NCBI RefSeq assembly: GCF_036507355.1
Contig: NZ_AP027885.1
Length of the DNA: 2,046 bases
Reading direction: 5' to 3' (one strand)
From: Escherichia coli
GTDB lineage: Bacteria > Pseudomonadota > Gammaproteobacteria > Enterobacterales > Enterobacteriaceae
The translations under genes and the position numbers were made by a program. Positions 1 to 2,046 of this stretch are shown one piece after another. Numbering within the stretch: position 1 is the first letter of the stretch; each line of letters begins with the position of its first letter. Under the pieces are notes generated by a model, which did not search any database, was not told the origin of the DNA, and saw only the letters and a program-made list of their open reading frames with translations.

Positions 1-1
1 C

Positions 2-403
2 CGTGGCACCCGTAGCCAGGTATCGATCTCACCGGAGGCGCTGGAGCCGCGTGTACTGCGGAAGGGTATTTTCACCAAAGACGTGGAAGATCAGGCAGCC
101 GTAGCCAAACGTTTAAGCCAGGCAGTGAACGATGGCTTTGCAGGAACCGTCGCTATGGCCTCTCAGAGCGCCCAGAATGCAAAAAGAGCGCGCGAGCTAC
201 AGAAGACTATGGATTCGCAGCAGAAACGCCTACAGAGCGTTACAGAGCCTTTTAAGGGGCTTTCCAGAGAGCAGATGACAGAAATCCTGATGATGGCTCA
301 GCGGTTTAAGCAGCAAAACCAGGAGAAGGAGAAACAGCAGCGTGTCGAACGTGAGACACAGCGACAGATGCGATCCCGTGGCATGGGCGGTATGGAGCGT
401 TAG
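2..403 (+). CDS. 3' portion of a CDS whose start lies outside the window; charged coiled-coil-like C-terminal tail; identity unresolved (possibly a relaxase C-terminal domain or another plasmid protein)
   Basis: Frame 2 is open from nt 2 to TAG at 401-403, with no in-frame stop upstream of the track's GTG at 83, so the gene begins beyond the 5' edge. The translation (...AKRARELQKTMDSQQKRLQ...QRFKQQNQEKEKQQRVERETQRQMRSRGMGGMER) is low-complexity and Q/E/K/R-rich. No catalytic motif recognised. Confidence 0.55.
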   Translation, partial: RGTRSQVSISPEALEPRVLRKGIFTKDVEDQAAVAKRLSQAVNDGFAGTVAMASQSAQNAKRARELQKTMDSQQKRLQSVTEPFKGLSREQMTEILMMAQRFKQQNQEKEKQQRVERETQRQMRSRGMGGMER

Positions 404-430
404 TTTTGATGCGATGCAGATAGGGTTAAC

Positions 431-455
431 GCCGCAAAACGAGGTCATTTGCGGC
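431..455. terminator. Hairpin between convergent genes (stem GCCGCAAA / TTTGCGGC, 9-nt loop); possible weak bidirectional terminator or RNA-stabilising stem-loop
   Basis: Seen in sequence: 431-438 gccgcaaa and 448-455 tttgcggc are exact reverse complements. It lies between the stop at 401-403 (+) and the stop at 466-468 (-). There is no clear U-tract on either strand, hence low confidence. Confidence 0.3.
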
Positions 456-465
456 ATTCCAGAGA

Positions 466-900
466 TTAGGTTCTGCCGCCCTGTATAACGCTGAGGCCGT
501 TTTTTAGTGCTTTCTTGTGGTTGCTGACAGTACCTTTCCAGCCAAACTGAGGGTTCAGACGGTAACTGTAACTGCGCCCTACTTTTGGGCCTTGAAGAAT
601 CACGGATAGGTCAATTAGCGCCTTAACCGAACGGCTTACATTGGTTTTCTGCATACCTAAAGCGTCGGCAATATCGGCTTGGGCAATTTGGATGTAATTT
701 TCATAATCGAGATCAGCTAACAGCATCATCAAGACTTTGAATTGCTCCCCTGTGAGGGTCTTAGCAAGGATCTTTAAAGCGTCTTGGTTCATAGTGAAAT
801 GCCTCTCAAAAGCTGACTTCTGTTTGGGTCGGATAACTGCGACAAAACTACCTACCTCTTCCCCTGTAGCAGTGTCTATCTGAGTAATTCGGTTACTCAT
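466..900 (-). CDS. 144-aa predicted winged-helix/HTH DNA-binding protein; candidate small plasmid replication initiator (RepL-like) or autoregulatory repressor
   Basis: ATG is the reverse complement of 898-900 and the TAA stop is the reverse complement of 466-468. An RBS GGGAGAG lies 8 nt upstream (rc of 907-913). The protein has an HTH-like segment (GEQFKVLMMLLADLD...IQIAQADIADALGMQKTNVSRSVKALIDLSVI). The gene has lower GC than its flanks. Palindromic repeats sit in its promoter region. The Rep-versus-regulator call is inference. Confidence 0.75.
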   Translation of the reverse strand: MSNRITQIDTATGEEVGSFVAVIRPKQKSAFERHFTMNQDALKILAKTLTGEQFKVLMMLLADLDYENYIQIAQADIADALGMQKTNVSRSVKALIDLSVILQGPKVGRSYSYRLNPQFGWKGTVSNHKKALKNGLSVIQGGRT

Positions 901-972
901 TTAAGAGGCTCTCCCAAAAAAATAGTTATCAATAATGATAACAACGTTATCAATAATGATAACTATCGTCAA
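901..972 (-). promoter_or_regulatory. Promoter/RBS region of the - strand gene, overlapped by operator-like repeats
   Basis: On the - strand: RBS GGGAGAG (rc of 907-913); -35-like hexamers TTGATA (rc of 927-932 and 948-953) and TTGACG (rc of 967-972); only weak -10 candidates (e.g. GATAAC, rc of 925-930). Exact promoter elements are uncertain. Confidence 0.4.
925..963. repeat. Two tandem 18-bp direct repeats (GTTATCAATAATGATAAC), each internally palindromic, 21-bp register; candidate operator or iteron array
   Basis: Seen in sequence: 925-942 and 946-963 are identical. Each is GTTATCA-ATAA-TGATAAC, and the 3-bp spacer AAC creates a further 7-3-7 inverted repeat between units, giving four alternating heptamers in total. 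Confidence 0.9.
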
Positions 973-1106
973 GCGAGAGCCGCGCCCCACAAGGGCTGAG
1001 AGAAGGCTCTCTTCTGTATCTTATAGCGAGAAGCTCATATGCCCGGATAGCGAACCCTATTTTCATCGGTTCGTGCGTAAGCATTTCTATGCCCGTTCAG
1101 GTGATA

Positions 1107-1196
1107 TTCCGCTTCCTCGTTCAGGCTGTTCGTTCCTCGCTGCGCTGCGGTACGCCTCAGCCTGACCTGCGGCGAGCGGCGCGTGCTCTTTCAAAG
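1107..1196. other. Segment resembling the primosome-assembly / single-strand initiation (pas, n'-site) region found downstream of ori in ColE1/pMB1-type plasmids
   Basis: Hand comparison with the pUC/pBR322 sequence recalled from memory. Colinear exact blocks: ttccgcttcctcg (1107-1119), ctcgctgcgct (1136-1146), ctgcggcgagcgg (1167-1179), and a 9/11 match ctctttcaaag (1186-1196), with insertions between blocks. Needs confirmation by alignment. Confidence 0.35.
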
Positions 1197-1216
1197 ACGA
1201 CTTTGTTGCCTGACAT

Positions 1217-1258
1217 TCGTCAAGGGCGAGCGTAGCGAGTGCCATTTACCCTTGACGA
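1217..1258. repeat. Inverted repeat with 10-bp perfect arms (TCGTCAAGGG / CCCTTGACGA) and a 22-nt loop, in the leader upstream of the relaxase gene
   Basis: Seen in sequence: 1217-1226 tcgtcaaggg and 1249-1258 cccttgacga are exact reverse complements. The right arm contains a TTGACG -35-like hexamer (1252-1257). Confidence 0.6.
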
Positions 1259-1382
1259 TTCACCGGATAAAACAGGCTTGGCAGTGGTGGGGGGTGGCGC
1301 GGAGCGACGCCTTCCACCTGCCAGACTGCCGTTGATTTTGACCTTCTGGCAGCTTGCTGCCCGAACGATTTTGCGTAGCAAA

Positions 1383-1413
1383 GTCTAGTGAGTACACTAT
1401 CATCCTGATAGTG
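1383..1413 (+). promoter_or_regulatory. Candidate oriT core / relaxase operator: nested inverted repeats sharing arms, about 70-95 nt upstream of the relaxase start
   Basis: Seen in sequence: TAGTG (1386-1390) - AGTA - CACTA (1395-1399), overlapping the 8-3-8 palindrome CACTATCA (1395-1402) - TCC - TGATAGTG (1406-1413). Alternative hairpins with shared arms are typical of MobV-type oriTs. A possible weak promoter overlaps: -35 TTGCGT (1371-1376), -10 TACACT (1393-1398). The functional assignment is inference. Confidence 0.35.
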
Positions 1414-1468
1414 GCCCGCCGGAGGCATCGCAATGCGATCCCCCGACTGGCTGGATGTACGCCAGAAC

Positions 1469-1475
1469 GAGGGGG
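1469..1475 (+). promoter_or_regulatory. Ribosome-binding site for the relaxase gene
   Basis: GAGGGGG lies 5 nt upstream of the ATG at 1481. Confidence 0.6.
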
Positions 1476-1480
1476 TAAGC

Positions 1481-2046
1481 ATGGCGAATTACGCGATAAT
1501 GCGCTGCAAAAAGCTGACGGGAATGGGCAGTGTGGCCAGCGCTTTGCAGCACTGCTACAGGGAGCGTGAGACGCCGAATGCTGACGCTGAACGGACACCA
1601 GAAAACTACTGCTCTGTGTCTCAGTCGGCAGATGAGGCGATGGGAAAGCTGCGGGAGCTGTTGCCGGAAAAACGCCGTAAAGATGCGGTACTGGCTGTTG
1701 AATACGTTATGACGGCAAGCCCTGAGTGGTGGAACGAGGCCACACCGCGGCAGCAGGCGGAGTTTTTCGCCCGTTCTGAGCAATGGCTGGAGAACAAATA
1801 CGGGAAAGATCGCGTTGTGGCGGCGGTGGTTCACAGGGACGAGGCCACCCCGCACCTGTCTGCGTTCGTGGTGCCATTGACGCAGGATGGGCGGCTGTCC
1901 GCGAAAGAGTTTATTGGCGGGCGGTCAAAGATGCGTGACGATCAGAGCACCTACGCTGAATCGGTAAAAAAACTGGGTCTTGAGCGCGGCATCGAGGGAA
2001 GCCGTGCCACGCATCAGACAGTTCAGCACTACTACGAATCGATAAA
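1481..2046 (+). CDS. mob: MobV-family (Mob/Pre, pMV158 MobM-like) plasmid mobilization relaxase, N-terminal relaxase domain; 3'-truncated by the window edge
   Basis: ATG at 1481 is preceded by the RBS. The frame is open through nt 2046 (188 codons, hand-translated, no stop), which is why it is absent from the ORF track. The translation (MANYAIMRCKKLTGMGSVASALQHCYRER...RKDAVLAVEYVMTASPEWW...AAVVHRDEATPHLSAFVVPL...LERGIEGSRATHQTVQHYY) matches, from memory, the conserved MobV blocks: the N-terminal M-x-Y-x-V-x-R-x-Q-K region, an HNER-like motif, the RKDAVL block and the HxDE..PH metal-binding motif. Confidence 0.9.
   Translation, partial: MANYAIMRCKKLTGMGSVASALQHCYRERETPNADAERTPENYCSVSQSADEAMGKLRELLPEKRRKDAVLAVEYVMTASPEWWNEATPRQQAEFFARSEQWLENKYGKDRVVAAVVHRDEATPHLSAFVVPLTQDGRLSAKEFIGGRSKMRDDQSTYAESVKKLGLERGIEGSRATHQTVQHYYESI

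Noticed and set aside
230-457. Track ORF 230..457 (-), 75 aa
   Set aside because: It is antisense to the C-terminal tail of the 2-403 CDS and runs through the convergent-gene hairpin. Its hydrophobic low-complexity stretch (LLFLLLLVLLL) is the mirror image of the Q/E/K-rich codons on the sense strand. Judged a shadow ORF.
925-963. Fur box (iron-responsive operator) resemblance of AATAATGATAAC within the repeats
   Set aside because: There is a 10/12 match to GATAATGATAAT, but the heptamer spacing here (7-4-7 and 7-3-7) differs from the Fur 7-1-7 arrangement and the array is a perfect tandem duplication directly upstream of a DNA-binding protein gene. A dedicated operator or iteron role is more parsimonious. 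Fur binding is not excluded without an assay.
925-963. DnaA-box-like sequence TTATCAATA inside each repeat
   Set aside because: It matches the TTATCCACA consensus at only 7 of 9 positions, which is too weak to call a DnaA box from sequence alone.
906-1011. 8-bp direct repeat AGGCTCTC (906-913 and 1004-1011), with inverted copy GAGAGCC at 975-981
   Set aside because: Repeats of 7-8 bp are expected many times by chance in a 2-kb window. One copy is simply the RBS region of the - strand gene.
935-1165. Track ORF 935..1165 (+), 76 aa
   Set aside because: Its ATG lies inside the 18-bp operator repeat and the frame runs across the pas-like non-coding segment. There is no convincing RBS and no recognisable protein features. 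Judged spurious.
950-1420. Possible ColE1-type RNAII/RNAI replication origin
   Set aside because: Only short scattered matches to the pUC ori (taactatcgtc, cccgttcag, agtggtgg) were found, in non-colinear order. An RNAII gene would also have to overlap the relaxase coding region. Only the pas-like segment shows colinear homology.
1246-1855. Track ORFs 1246..1482 (-), 1260..1598 (-), 1354..1569 (+), 1400..1855 (-), 1530..1712 (+)
   Set aside because: All overlap the structured leader and/or the relaxase gene in other frames or on the antisense strand. This region is GC-rich, which inflates random ORF length, and the in-frame relaxase has strong motif support, so these are treated as overlapping artefacts.
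1-2046. CRISPR arrays, tRNA/rRNA genes, IS element ends
   Set aside because: No regularly spaced repeat-spacer structure, no tRNA-like cloverleaf candidates, and no terminal inverted repeats flanking a transposase-like ORF were seen.

Overview
This window looks like the backbone of a small mobilizable plasmid or a plasmid-derived module. Left to right: (i) the 3' end of a + strand CDS that is open to the window edge (2-403) and ends in a charged Q/E/K/R-rich tail; (ii) a convergent - strand gene (466-900) for a 144-aa predicted winged-helix DNA-binding protein, whose promoter/RBS region carries two tandem 18-bp palindromic repeats (925-963); (iii) a structured non-coding region (about 970-1480) containing a segment that resembles the primosome-assembly (pas/ssi) region of ColE1/pMB1 replicons plus several inverted repeats that are candidate oriT elements; (iv) the 5' part of a MobV-family (Mob/Pre, pMV158 MobM-like) relaxase gene (1481-2046), which runs off the window and is therefore missing from the supplied ORF track. 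No rRNA, tRNA or CRISPR array is visible. The other track ORFs are antisense or overlapping and judged spurious. All family assignments come from reading motifs by eye and from memory of reference sequences, not from any search.
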